DNA of 64,000 nucleotides from Promethearchaeota archaeon (GCA_048940445.1 JBHLON010000003.1:32001-96000); one strand, 5' to 3'; positions 19,398 through 30,197 are shown, counted from the stretch's first letter. Notes: generated from the letters alone by a model not told the origin. Translations and numbers: made by a program.

Positions 19398-21800
19398 ATG
19401 ACTGAGAAAACTGTAGAGATTAATATAACAGGAATTGTTCAAGGAGTAGGATTTCGCCCGTTTTTATTTAACTTAGCAAAGGATTATAATCTGAATGGTG
19501 TAATTTTAAATAGGGGTAATGCAGGAGTTCGATTAATTGTTCAAGGTGAACCAGTTAAAATTCAAACATTTATTGATACTATTCCCCTATCCAAACCAGT
19601 CATTGCTTATATTGAAAGTATAAATAGTAAGGAAATTCAAACGAATAACAAATATGATAACCTTGAAATTATTAAAAGCGAACAAGGTCGTGGTATTAGT
19701 TTAACACTCCCACCAGATATAGCAACGTGTATAGACTGTGTAAAAGATATGCGAGATAAGGACCTGGAGAAATACTTTAATTATCCTTTTATAGCATGTG
19801 CTGTTTGTGGTCCTAGATTTACCACCGTTCGAACTTTGCCTTATGATAGAGAACGAACTACAATGAGCAATTTTCCACTTTGTAAACATGCATTTCCCCA
19901 ATCATGTATTAAAGAATATAATTCTTTTAATAACAGACGATTTCACGCTCAAACATTTGCCTGTTCAGTTTGCGGTCCTAATTATACTCTCTATGACAAA
20001 TCTAAAAAAGCAATACCTATAAACTCAATTGAAGAAATGTTGCTTGAAACTGCTAAAAAAATCAATAATGGTGAAATTGGAGCAATTAAAGGTATAGGGG
20101 GAGTTCATCTTGTTTGTTTAGCTGAAGATAGTGATGTCATATCAAAACTTCGAAATAGGAAGGGTGATCGAAAATTTAAGCCATTCGCTGTTATGATCCC
20201 AAATTTAGGATTAATAGAAAAAGAATTCAAAATCTCTGAAAAAGAAAAAGAACTTTTAGAATCTTTCAGGAGACCTATTGTATTATTAGAGAGAAAAAAT
20301 CTCTTTACAAATCCTGGAATAAGTGAAGAGGTAGCTCCAGGTTTAAATAATGTCGGTATAATGCTCCCCTATTCTGGTATACATTATTTATTGTTCGATT
20401 ATATAGGAGAAAAACCATTAGTTTATACTAGTGGGAATAAATCAAATATCCCGATGGGAATAGATAATAACATAATATTTGACCAACTTCATGATTTAGC
20501 CGATTTCTTTTTACTCCATAATCGTCCTATATTTCAAAGAGCTGATGATAGCGTTCTAAGAATTCATAATGATAAATCAAAATTAATTAGAAGATCACGA
20601 GGGTATGTTCCCGAATATTTATCTCTGCCTTTTAAAGTAGAGATTCAAGGTGCAATTGCAACTGGTCCTGAATTAACAACGACAGGAGCAATTTTACGGA
20701 GAAATCGAATTTTTCCCACTCAACATATTGGAAACACCACTAACTTAGAGACTTATGAATTTTTAAAAGATGCTATCTTTCATATGAAAAATCTATTGCA
20801 AATAAAAGATTCTGAAATTGAGTTTGTTTGCTGTGATGCTCATCCTGCATTTGTTTCTACTAAATTAGGCAATGATTTGGCGTCATCTTTTAAGGTTAGG
20901 TTATATCCTATTCAACATCATTTTGCACATGTATTAGGTTTAATGGCTGAAAATAAAGTAGAAAAAAGTGAACGTGTAGTAGGTATAAGTGTTGATGGTG
21001 TTGGATATGGAGATGATGGTAACGTTTGGGGTGGTGAAATTTTATTAAGTTCTTATCATAATTATAAACGATTAGCTCATCTTCAATATCAGCCGATGAT
21101 TGGAGCAGATAGGTGTACAAAATATCCTGCAAGAATGGTCGCCTCAATATTATTAAACAAACTAGGCATTGAAGAAGCAACTAAACTCTTCACGCTTTTG
21201 AACTTAAAGAAGGATCTTGAATATAAGGAAAAAGAAATAAAAACCATAATATCTCAATATAATGCTGCAAATAACCATTTTCCCGCTCAAAATATTCCAC
21301 TTACGAGTTCAGCTGGTAGAATTTTTGATTGTATCTCTTACATTTTAGGAGCCTCGAAAATAAAAACATATAGAGGAGAACCTGCTATGAGATTAGAGGG
21401 ATTAGCTGCTAAAGGAAATCCAAAAGATGTAAATCTTGAAATTAACTATACTAAAAATGATGGAGTTTATGTTATTGAATCTTCGGACCTAATTTTACAA
21501 ATATTAAAGCTAAAGCTTAATAATTCACATCTTGAAAGTGATATTGCTGCTGCTTTTCAAATTAAGTTCGCTGAAAAATTCGCTGAATTGGCTATAAAGA
21601 TTGCTACAGACCATAACATTGATAAAATTGGATTAACTGGCGGTGTAGCATATAATTACTCTTTTTCTAATACAATTAAAAACTTTATAGAAGAGAATGG
21701 TTTTACTTTTTTAGAACATGATGTGATTGCTTCAGGAGATGCTGGTATAAGCACGGGTCAATTAATAGGGGGATTATTTAAATCTTTAAAAAAAAATTAA
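19398..21800 (+). CDS. hypF: Carbamoyltransferase HypF
   Basis: GIVQGVGFRPF, CAVCGPRF, RRFHAQ, KGIGG, QHHFAH, DGVGYG.DG.VWGGE, TSSAGRIFD, GDAGIS.GQ. Confidence 0.97.
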   Translation: MTEKTVEINITGIVQGVGFRPFLFNLAKDYNLNGVILNRGNAGVRLIVQGEPVKIQTFIDTIPLSKPVIAYIESINSKEIQTNNKYDNLEIIKSEQGRGISLTLPPDIATCIDCVKDMRDKDLEKYFNYPFIACAVCGPRFTTVRTLPYDRERTTMSNFPLCKHAFPQSCIKEYNSFNNRRFHAQTFACSVCGPNYTLYDKSKKAIPINSIEEMLLETAKKINNGEIGAIKGIGGVHLVCLAEDSDVISKLRNRKGDRKFKPFAVMIPNLGLIEKEFKISEKEKELLESFRRPIVLLERKNLFTNPGISEEVAPGLNNVGIMLPYSGIHYLLFDYIGEKPLVYTSGNKSNIPMGIDNNIIFDQLHDLADFFLLHNRPIFQRADDSVLRIHNDKSKLIRRSRGYVPEYLSLPFKVEIQGAIATGPELTTTGAILRRNRIFPTQHIGNTTNLETYEFLKDAIFHMKNLLQIKDSEIEFVCCDAHPAFVSTKLGNDLASSFKVRLYPIQHHFAHVLGLMAENKVEKSERVVGISVDGVGYGDDGNVWGGEILLSSYHNYKRLAHLQYQPMIGADRCTKYPARMVASILLNKLGIEEATKLFTLLNLKKDLEYKEKEIKTIISQYNAANNHFPAQNIPLTSSAGRIFDCISYILGASKIKTYRGEPAMRLEGLAAKGNPKDVNLEINYTKNDGVYVIESSDLILQILKLKLNNSHLESDIAAAFQIKFAEKFAELAIKIATDHNIDKIGLTGGVAYNYSFSNTIKNFIEENGFTFLEHDVIASGDAGISTGQLIGGLFKSLKKN

Positions 21801-21975
21801 ATGTTAATCTGAAATTTTTAGATTTTAGTCTATTATTCCAAATAAATTAATCGATTTCCAAAATTCTTTACTTTTATTATTTAAAATTATAATAAATTAA
21901 TTATTTCATTTAAGGTAAATAGCTAACTAAAGGAAAAGGTATGCATTTATTGCTGTGATGGGTTAGAAAAACTCA

Positions 21976-23505
21976 CTATTTTTTAGCTCTTTCCATTGAT
22001 ATTGATTTTTCTAATTCAATTAATTTTTCTATAGACTTCAATGGATAATTACCAGTTAAACATGCCATACATAATTGGTTCTCAGTTTTGTGTAAAGCAT
22101 CTGATAGATCATTTATCGTTTGATACAGTAGTGAATCAGCACCAATCTGTTTTTCAATCTCTTTAACATAGTTTTCTTTATAAAGCATTTGGAACTTACC
22201 TGCTATCAGTTCTTCTTTTGTCGGAAAATCAATTCCCATATAGCATGGACTAATTATTGGAGGACAACTTATACGTAAATGCACTGCTTTAGCATTCCCA
22301 ACATTTTTTAATATAGATACTATTTGTTGTGTAGTGGTACCTCGAACTATTGAATCGTCCAATAAAATTACATCTTTTCCCTCTACTATACTTCTAATTG
22401 GATTTAATTTATCTTTTACAGCAATCTTTCTCTTTTGTTGACCAGGTAAAATAAAAGTTCTATGAATATATCGATTTTTCATCAAACCTTCCACGTAAGG
22501 TAAACCCGATTCTTTTGCATATCCTACTGCAACACTTCTACCAGAATCTGGAACTGGAACGACTATAGCATTTTTTCTAAATTCTGGATCCTTTAAAAGA
22601 GGATCATTTTTAGCTAAGTTTATTCCTAATCTTAATCTTGCTTCAGCTACAGATACTCCATCAATAACTGAATCGGGACGAGCAAAGTATACAAATTCAA
22701 ATTGACAAAGAGCTGTTCTCTCTTTTTTTAGTATTGCTTCTGAATGAATATCTTTTTGATGACTTAAATGAACAATTTCCCCTGGAATAACGTCTCTTAT
22801 AAATTTTCCACCTACAGCATCAATTGCACATGATTCAGATGCCACAAAATATATGTTTCTCTTCTCGGTTTTTAATTCACCTATACATAAAGGTTTAAAC
22901 CCCAAAGGATCGCGCATTGCGTAGATATCACCCTCCGGTGATAAAAGTATCAGAGAATAGGAACCATCAAAAAACCTACTGGCAATCTTCAATATTTCTG
23001 GCCAATCTTCTGTTCCTAAAGCTAATGAAGCTATAAATTGTGCAGCTATTTCAGTATCAGTATTCGTAATGAAAATCCGGCCCATATCTTCCATTCTCTT
23101 TTGAAGATCAGCATAATTTGGGATCGTTCCATTAAATGCCATAGAAAATTCAATTTCATTGTTTTTAAGGTGATACGGCTGCATATATTCGAGAGAGCTA
23201 TACTCTTGAGCTCCTGTCGTGGCGTATCTGGTATGACCTATACCAACATTTCCCCAAAATTTAGATAATATTTTATTGGTTAATACACTTGATACTAACC
23301 CTTTCTTTTTATATGTATATATTTTTCCACCTGTTTTTAAAATAGAAATCCCCGCTGATTCTTGTCCTCTATGTTGCTGCGCAATAAGACCTGTATATAT
23401 CAAATTTGAAACTGAATAGCCAATATCGTTACAAGTGGCCCCAAAAACAGCACAATTTTCCCTAACTTTCTCTCCTAAAGGGGTACAACTATAATTTAGA
23501 GTCAT
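21976..23505 (-). CDS. purF: Amidophosphoribosyltransferase
   Basis: ENCAVFG (propeptide plus catalytic Cys), QHRGQESAGI, GHTRYAT, CQFEFVYFARPDS, DDSIVRGTT, CMACLTG. Confidence 0.97.
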   Translation of the reverse strand: MTLNYSCTPLGEKVRENCAVFGATCNDIGYSVSNLIYTGLIAQQHRGQESAGISILKTGGKIYTYKKKGLVSSVLTNKILSKFWGNVGIGHTRYATTGAQEYSSLEYMQPYHLKNNEIEFSMAFNGTIPNYADLQKRMEDMGRIFITNTDTEIAAQFIASLALGTEDWPEILKIASRFFDGSYSLILLSPEGDIYAMRDPLGFKPLCIGELKTEKRNIYFVASESCAIDAVGGKFIRDVIPGEIVHLSHQKDIHSEAILKKERTALCQFEFVYFARPDSVIDGVSVAEARLRLGINLAKNDPLLKDPEFRKNAIVVPVPDSGRSVAVGYAKESGLPYVEGLMKNRYIHRTFILPGQQKRKIAVKDKLNPIRSIVEGKDVILLDDSIVRGTTTQQIVSILKNVGNAKAVHLRISCPPIISPCYMGIDFPTKEELIAGKFQMLYKENYVKEIEKQIGADSLLYQTINDLSDALHKTENQLCMACLTGNYPLKSIEKLIELEKSISMERAKK

Positions 23506-23621
23506 AATTTAACATATCTTGAAAAAGAGATGTACATTTTCAACCATAAATACAATTAATACAAATGAATAATAATTTTTAATTATTAGTTTAATAGAAT
23601 ATATATAATTTACAATTTTAG

Positions 23622-24278
23622 CTGTTAAAAATTAAATTCAAAAATAAAGATTTTGCTTTTATTATCTTAATAGGCGGAAAGAGTAATCGTTTTGGAACAG
23701 ATAAATGCCTTTTTCAATTTAAAGGAAAAGCTCTTATTGAACATCAATTAGACATATTGACTCAATTTCCCTACGATATTTTTATAACTGCTAGTTCTAA
23801 GAACCAAGTTCAAAAATGCTTAGACCAAATTAACATTAAAAAGATTACAGCATTTATCATAGATGATGATCTTATTTTAAATGGGAATGTGCGAGTTGCT
23901 ATGCTAGGATTGTACTCTGCTTTTAAAGAATTACGAGTCCTTGGGTATCAAAAAGCTTTTGCATTATCATGTGATAATCCACTGATCAAATATGAGGTTA
24001 TTGATTATATGATAAAAGAATGTCAAAACTACGATTGTTGTATTCCAAGATGGAACAGTGGCTTTCTCGAGCCTTTATTTGCTATTTACTCTGTTGAAAA
24101 AGCTTATGTATCTTCATTAAACAATTTAAAAAAAAGAAAGTATAGATTAGTTAATTTAATTAATGATTCTTGGCAAATTAATTACATTTCAATCGAAGAT
24201 TCTATCAAAAAATTTGATTTGAATCTCTTTTCTTTTAAAAATATTAATAATCCGGAGGATATTGAAACTTTAGAATAA
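23622..24278 (+). CDS. mobA: Molybdenum cofactor guanylyltransferase MobA (non-canonical start)
   Basis: Frame stays open upstream of track start 23757 and encodes FIILIGGKSNRFGTDK; also LSCDNP, LEPLFAIY, FKNINNPED. Only CTG (23622) or ATT/ATC/ATA codons are available after the in-frame TAG at 23619. Confidence 0.85.
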   Translation: MLKIKFKNKDFAFIILIGGKSNRFGTDKCLFQFKGKALIEHQLDILTQFPYDIFITASSKNQVQKCLDQINIKKITAFIIDDDLILNGNVRVAMLGLYSAFKELRVLGYQKAFALSCDNPLIKYEVIDYMIKECQNYDCCIPRWNSGFLEPLFAIYSVEKAYVSSLNNLKKRKYRLVNLINDSWQINYISIEDSIKKFDLNLFSFKNINNPEDIETLE

Positions 24279-24314
24279 ATGAGATAAAAAAATAAAAAAA
24301 AGTTAAATCTAAAT

Positions 24315-24809
24315 TTACTTTCTTTCTAAGAACACACTGATAATTCCTAAAACTCCTCCAGAAATCAGTACATAAGTTCCTAACCCTAATTGGTCGATGG
24401 GTACATAAAATGGAAATATACCTGCAACTTGAGACGCTTCAAAATAGGTTTCAAAAAATTCGCTTTTAATGCCTAAAAAGTCTGTATAAGTTAAAAAGAA
24501 AAACATTAATCCAATTGCTAATGGAAAAAGGGAAAAGATAAAGCTAACAGCTCTATTGGCCATACCAATTATTTGCAATACACCAGCGGCAAGAAAAATT
24601 ATAAATAACGCTACTAATAAATAATAAACCCAAATGTCAACACCTAAATAGGCAGCATTTCCAGCAGGATCTGCAAATAACGAAGTTAAATTAGTTATGA
24701 ATCCAACACCTGAACTTACACCGGTCAATGAAGCAGAAACCGCTAGAACATAGGTACCAATAATGGTTATTATCCCGCTTAATAATGCTAAAGCCCTTCC
24801 AGATTTCAT
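24315..24809 (-). CDS. Hypothetical 4-TM membrane protein
   Basis: ORF with four hydrophobic segments. Confidence 0.75.
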   Translation of the reverse strand: MKSGRALALLSGIITIIGTYVLAVSASLTGVSSGVGFITNLTSLFADPAGNAAYLGVDIWVYYLLVALFIIFLAAGVLQIIGMANRAVSFIFSLFPLAIGLMFFFLTYTDFLGIKSEFFETYFEASQVAGIFPFYVPIDQLGLGTYVLISGGVLGIISVFLERK

Positions 24810-24930
24810 TTAAATTCTACCTTTTATAATTTGCTTTTTTTTAATTAAGATATTCTTAATAAGATTAATCAAAATAGAAAAGATATAAAAATTTAAGTGT
24901 TCTTAAATTATTGATTCAACATTTATCTCT

Positions 24931-25602
24931 TTATTTGCGGCAGCTTATTATAAGGAAATTAGCCACAATGTTACAATCAGTTAAATGTGGAACTTTTTCA
25001 ATTGCTTCTTTAGTTGCTTTAGGTTCACTTATTTTTTCTAGTTTAAATCCAACGTCAAATATTGTATTAAACCATATACTTAATGTTCTATGAAACCTGG
25101 GAACCTTAAATTTCTTCATATCTTTAGTTAATTCAATTGGAGCTGCATTAATAATCCATTCCTCAATAAAACCTTCCATTTCATTAAAATAATCTCCACA
25201 TATTAACCCATTTTTATTCCCTTCTCGATCCTTTATCCATTCATGGATTGGGGTAGAATAGTATGGATGAAGAATAGAAAATTGAAAAAATCCACCACTT
25301 TTTACTATTCTATATATTTCTTTTAGTGCCTTATCTAATTGAGTCATATCCATGAAAGTCATAGTAGAAATTGCAAAATCAAACTCATCACTATTAAATG
25401 GTATATTTTTAGCATTTACCAGTTTATATTTAATCCCGAGACGATGGTGCTTCTCTTCTTCCATTGCTTTTTCAATAAATACTTTAGAAATATCGATACC
25501 TACCATTTGCGCTCCCTTTTTATGCGCAATTCTCGTGTTATATCCTTTTCCACAGCCAATATCAATCCCTCTCATTTGAGAAATTTTTGGAACGATGCAC
25601 AC
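24931..25602 (-). pseudogene. Class I SAM methyltransferase, probably 5'-truncated
   Basis: IDIGCGKG motif I lies only about 12 aa from an in-frame stop; the usual N-terminal segment is replaced by a dppB-derived fragment. Confidence 0.6.
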
Positions 25603-25619
25603 AAATTTTTAAAATTTTT

Positions 25620-25877
25620 AACAAGATACCGAAATCTGTCCTAAATCGTTGTTATACCATTATTCTAGGTTTTGTGTTATATTTTCTGGTGCTATTAATC
25701 TTTTTTTTAATCTCAAGGCTTTTACCAGTAGGTCCCATCTTAGCATATCTCTCTATTTCATATACATCTTCACAATATGATCAAATGTGTCATCAATTAG
25801 GATTTCATAGACCATTTTTTGAACAATTCAAAAAAAGTAATAAATTTAAAATATTAGGTTCTATTAAGATTTCTTAA
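25620..25877 (+). pseudogene. Degenerate duplicate of the 5' end of the downstream dppB-like gene
   Basis: FLISRLLPVGPILAYLSISYTSSQYDQMCHQLGFHRPFFEQF vs FLLSRLIPGDPVLAYLPTPYTPSQYDQMYRQLGLDKPPFQQF in the 25957 ORF. Confidence 0.75.
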
Positions 25878-25956
25878 AATCATAATATACTCACAAAAAC
25901 GTTTAAATATTTATTTAATTTAATTCTAATAAAAATCCTGAAGGGTCAATATTATC

Positions 25957-27882
25957 ATGAATAATGTTAATAAGCGATTTGGTATAAAAAAAGTATTTTT
26001 TAACTTAATATATACGGTAACTATAGGAATTATTCTATTTTTTCTGGTAATTTATATCTCATTTCTGCTGTCAAGACTTATACCGGGAGATCCCGTCTTA
26101 GCCTATCTTCCTACGCCATATACACCTTCACAATATGACCAGATGTATCGCCAACTGGGGCTTGATAAACCCCCCTTTCAACAATTCATCCTATATCTTG
26201 GAAGGATGTTTTCTGGCAATTGGGGGATTTCGAACTCAATTAATCATGGGATGCCAGTCACAGAACTATTTGGGCGTTATTGTTTACCAAGAACAATCGA
26301 TCTATTACTCCTACCATTACTTATTGGAATAGTGCTGGGTGCGTTATTTGGAAATCTTTCCATGAAAGTCAAACATAAATGGATAGATAAACTAGTTCAA
26401 ATTCTTACTTTAGTTGGATGCGCATTGCCTTTATTTTTTCTTGGAATGTTATTTCAGTATGTTTTAGGGTATGTATTTCAAATATTTCCAACGATGGGTT
26501 ATAAAACACCTTCATACCCAGATCCTACTTTGATAACAGGCTCCCGAATTATAGATTCATTTCTATCTGGACAATTTTATCTCATCCCTGATTATTTACT
26601 TCACTTTGTTCTGCCATGGTCAGTATTAACAATCGGAATTGGTTCCTTAACCGCATTATTAGTGCGAATATACCTGTTAAATAAAGGTAAAAGACGTTCA
26701 ATAGTGCCAAACTCTTTTAATACAGCAACAAGTTTTGGATTGATTTTTGGATTTATAGTAATAATAGAAACTACATTTGGTTTATATGGAGTGGGCCAAT
26801 TATTTATCCAATCAATTATGAGTGCAGATTATTGGGTGCTTAATTCATTTATATTTTTGATACCTATTACGTTTGTCATTTTACTTGTGTTTTGCAATAT
26901 CCTCTTTATAGTATACGGTTTAATCAAGCGCATTATTATTAAGAAACTTGCCTATAAGCGATCTATAACTAAGAAGTTAAAACATAAAAATGAAATCAAG
27001 TCTGAAAATAATGATCCTCCTGCGATCAGTGGTTCTAATCAATTAGGTGTAAGGCAAGAGAAAGGAATTAAAAAGCAATTCAAAGATTTCTTAAGCTACT
27101 TTAATAAGAAATTATTATCTCCATTAACTATTTTTGGCTCAATAATTCTTTTGTTTTTCATTCTGATTTCAATTTTCCCTCAAATATTAACTCCCTATAC
27201 ATTTGAACAAGCAATTGAGCCTATTCCAGGAGCATGGGGTCCACCCTCACCGCTTCATCCATTTGGTCAAACTAAATTCGGTTGGGATGTTTTAGCAAGG
27301 GTTGTTTATAGTAGTCGAACTGCATTATCAACCATACCTCCCATTATTGGAATTGGGTTGTTAGGAGGATTGATAATTGGCATCCCTATGGCATTATTAA
27401 ATCGCCGATTTAAAATGTCAACTGAGATCTCAATGATAGTAATTTTTTGCGCTCCTATCTATTTTGGTATACTTGTAGTTCTTTCTTCAGTAGCACCAGT
27501 TACACTTGGCAATTCAATGCTTCTTTATGGAATCCTTCTGATTCCATTCTTTACTTTATTGATTGCAAAAACACGAATAAATGGATTTGAAATCATGAAG
27601 AAAGTGATTCCATATATCCCCCTATTCATTGGCTTTATTTTAATAATTGACGCTGGTATTGGATTTTTGGGCTTTTCTGATCCCAGATTTATTTCATTTG
27701 GGAATGAACTCAACGAATCAAGGATGTTTATCTATAATGCTCCTTGGGCTACCATTTGGCCCGGTCTATTCTTATTCTTACTCTCGTTAGGATTCTTTTT
27801 GCTCTATGCTGGTCTACAAAAGAAGCCCAGAGAAAATCCTTTACTATTTGCACCTGTACAAGAACAACCAATAAAAATATAA
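25957..27882 (+). CDS. Fused DppB-DppC peptide/nickel ABC permease
   Basis: N-half DppB (PGDP, GNWGIS, IETTFGLYGVG); C-half DppC (PPSPLHPFGQTKFGWDV, GFLGF, APWATIWPG). Confidence 0.85.
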   Translation: MNNVNKRFGIKKVFFNLIYTVTIGIILFFLVIYISFLLSRLIPGDPVLAYLPTPYTPSQYDQMYRQLGLDKPPFQQFILYLGRMFSGNWGISNSINHGMPVTELFGRYCLPRTIDLLLLPLLIGIVLGALFGNLSMKVKHKWIDKLVQILTLVGCALPLFFLGMLFQYVLGYVFQIFPTMGYKTPSYPDPTLITGSRIIDSFLSGQFYLIPDYLLHFVLPWSVLTIGIGSLTALLVRIYLLNKGKRRSIVPNSFNTATSFGLIFGFIVIIETTFGLYGVGQLFIQSIMSADYWVLNSFIFLIPITFVILLVFCNILFIVYGLIKRIIIKKLAYKRSITKKLKHKNEIKSENNDPPAISGSNQLGVRQEKGIKKQFKDFLSYFNKKLLSPLTIFGSIILLFFILISIFPQILTPYTFEQAIEPIPGAWGPPSPLHPFGQTKFGWDVLARVVYSSRTALSTIPPIIGIGLLGGLIIGIPMALLNRRFKMSTEISMIVIFCAPIYFGILVVLSSVAPVTLGNSMLLYGILLIPFFTLLIAKTRINGFEIMKKVIPYIPLFIGFILIIDAGIGFLGFSDPRFISFGNELNESRMFIYNAPWATIWPGLFLFLLSLGFFLLYAGLQKKPRENPLLFAPVQEQPIKI

Positions 27883-27919
27883 ATCCTATTTTTTATTCTT
27901 TTATTCTCTAATTTAAAAT

Positions 27920-28657
27920 TTAAGCAGACGGTTTTATTTTACGTACTTTAATCGTTTGAAGAATAAGTATTATTGTACCAAAAATTAAAAAGAACAATAA
28001 AAGTAAACCTATAGGGTCCTTTAAAATTTGACTACCTTGAATAAATACAAAAAATAAATAAAAAACAAATCCAAAAATGTATATTATTAAATATAATGAT
28101 ACTCGAGGAATTACTCTGTTCCTAATACGAATATAAAATTTGAAGATCCCATTTTTTATCTCCTCTTTTATATAATATTTTCCTTCCACTTCATCTTTCA
28201 ACAACAATCCCGCATCAATAAGTTTAGTTATCTGATAAGAGACCGTTCCGGATGAAGATATATCCAAAGCTTTCTGAATCTCTCGTATTCCCGCTAATCC
28301 ATGTGTAAATACATACCAATAAATTTGAAGAGTTTTGCCTTCCAATAGCAGTTCTTTAGTAGGTTTATGAGTAATCATCTCAATTTCAGGTTTATCTAAA
28401 AAACTTAGACTAAAGATAATAATACCATATGCGATAAAAGCTGAAATCGAGATAAAAATATAAAGGTCTATCATCAAAATTCCTTGAGAATAGATTATCA
28501 AAAACGTAATTGTCATTATCCCATGAAGAATTATAATATAATGAAAAACTCTTTTAAGATAATAAACTATGAAATTTTTTGAATAAGCTTTTCGAGATTC
28601 AAATCCCCCAGAACTTTTAACTTTTTCATCTTGTTGGTTTGTTTTTTTTATTACCAT
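27920..28657 (-). CDS. Membrane-anchored winged-helix transcription regulator
   Basis: EGKTLQIYWY...GIREIQKALDISSSGTVSYQITKLIDAGLL wHTH flanked by two TM helices on each side. Confidence 0.8.
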   Translation of the reverse strand: MVIKKTNQQDEKVKSSGGFESRKAYSKNFIVYYLKRVFHYIIILHGIMTITFLIIYSQGILMIDLYIFISISAFIAYGIIIFSLSFLDKPEIEMITHKPTKELLLEGKTLQIYWYVFTHGLAGIREIQKALDISSSGTVSYQITKLIDAGLLLKDEVEGKYYIKEEIKNGIFKFYIRIRNRVIPRVSLYLIIYIFGFVFYLFFVFIQGSQILKDPIGLLLLFFLIFGTIILILQTIKVRKIKPSA

Positions 28658-28732
28658 TAAAAATCCTAATCCTCCTTAATATAAGCTATTCTTTTTCAAC
28701 TTTTAAACCTTGCTCAAATCTATTGGATTAAT

Positions 28733-28750
28733 TGTTCAAAAGTTCGAACA
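28733..28750. promoter_or_regulatory. Candidate operator palindrome between the wHTH regulator and dppB
   Basis: TGTTCAAA-AG-TTCGAACA (8-bp arms, one mismatch) in the divergent intergenic region. Confidence 0.45.
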
Positions 28751-28863
28751 CGAAAACCTATTTAAATCTATTAGTGCTTTTTAATTATAGCAAAAATAGT
28801 TCGATATTCAGTTTCCTTTATTAAAATTTACTTAATAGAAAAAATTAAGGATGTTTTTGGACA

Positions 28864-29883
28864 ATGAGTATGATAAAATATATTATTAGAAGATTGCTCG
28901 CAATTATACCAGTACTCTTTGGTGTACTGACATTAACATTTATTTTATCAAGATTTATGCCCGGGGATCCTGTTCTCGCATATTTACCGGAAGGTCATGT
29001 AAATCCTGAACAGTACAGACGGGTGATGCATTTACTAGGATTAGATCAACCCCTCTATATACAATATTTTCGGTATCTTGGTGATTTATTTACGGGGAAT
29101 TGGGGTATTTCTGTCTCGATTGTGCGAGGGATGCCAGTTTGGGATTTAATTATGGTCAGTTTACCTCGAACCGTTGATATTGCTATTTTATCCATTATTA
29201 TAGCTGCGTTTGTGGGTATAAAAACAGGAGTCATTTCTGCAAAACATCGAAATAAAGCAAAGGACACCATCTTCAGAGGCATGTCATTAATTGGGGTCGC
29301 TGTCCCGGTTTTCTTTCTTGGTATGTTATTACAATATATTTTGGGTTACATCTGGCCTATTTTTCCGACAACTGGATTTAAGACATATAGTTATCCTGAT
29401 CCCAACTTTGTCACTGGATTCAGGTGGATCGATGCGTTAATTTCTGGTAAAATTTATATGGTGTCTGACTATTTTTATCATTTGATCTTACCCGTGTTTT
29501 GCTTATCATTCATCTCATTGGCAGGAATCGTAAGACAGACGCGATCCAGCATGTTGGAAGTATTAGAGCAGGATTACGTAAGAACTGCAAGGGCAAAAGG
29601 CTGTAAAGAGAAGGATGTTATCAATACCCATGCTAGAAAAAATGCTATGATCCCTACCACTACTGTGATTGGCTTGAGTTTTGCTGGTCTTTTATCAGGT
29701 GCTGTTCTCACAGAGACAACATTTGGATTAAATGGAATAGGTCAATTGCTTATTCAATCCATTCGTAATTCAGATTATTGGGTGCTCAATGGATTAGTCT
29801 TTTTCTTCTCGATAATATTTGTTATTATCAATTTAATCACAGATTTAATCTATGGGATGCTAGATCCAAGGATTCGATATTAA
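28864..29883 (+). CDS. dppB: Peptide/nickel ABC transporter permease DppB/OppB
   Basis: YIIRRLL, MPGDP, RSSMLEVLEQDYVRTARAKG (EAA loop), LDPRIRY. Confidence 0.93.
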   Translation: MSMIKYIIRRLLAIIPVLFGVLTLTFILSRFMPGDPVLAYLPEGHVNPEQYRRVMHLLGLDQPLYIQYFRYLGDLFTGNWGISVSIVRGMPVWDLIMVSLPRTVDIAILSIIIAAFVGIKTGVISAKHRNKAKDTIFRGMSLIGVAVPVFFLGMLLQYILGYIWPIFPTTGFKTYSYPDPNFVTGFRWIDALISGKIYMVSDYFYHLILPVFCLSFISLAGIVRQTRSSMLEVLEQDYVRTARAKGCKEKDVINTHARKNAMIPTTTVIGLSFAGLLSGAVLTETTFGLNGIGQLLIQSIRNSDYWVLNGLVFFFSIIFVIINLITDLIYGMLDPRIRY

Positions 29884-29943
29884 AGTAATTAAGGAGGGTG
29901 ATTTTTGCGAAAAGAAGAAGTATATAAAATCCAATTGGGAAAA

Positions 29944-29972
29944 AAGAGACAAAAAATTCTTGTCTCTTATTT
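29944..29972 (+). terminator. Hairpin after dppB
   Basis: AAGAGACAA-aaaattc-TTGTCTCTT perfect 9-bp stem followed by ATTT. Confidence 0.35.
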
Positions 29973-30197
29973 CCCTCCTTACATTTTATTACATCAACCT
30001 TCTAAAACCTTAAAAATAATCTTTTAGATACTCCCCAATTATTTTTAAAAAAATCTTAACTCCTCCAACCCATCTATTTATATTATATAGAAGGTGCCCA
30101 AATTTTTATTAATAACTTTGAATAACATATATCTTAGTTCAATTTTTTAAGAATTGAATTCCATCAGCAAAAATAGAGTAAATATGAGGAGGGAGAT

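Noticed and set aside
19875-19915. 5-aa insert with a small hairpin in the HypF zinc finger as another intron
   Set aside because: Unpaired bases face each other rather than forming staggered BHB bulges, and excision would remove a Cys ligand
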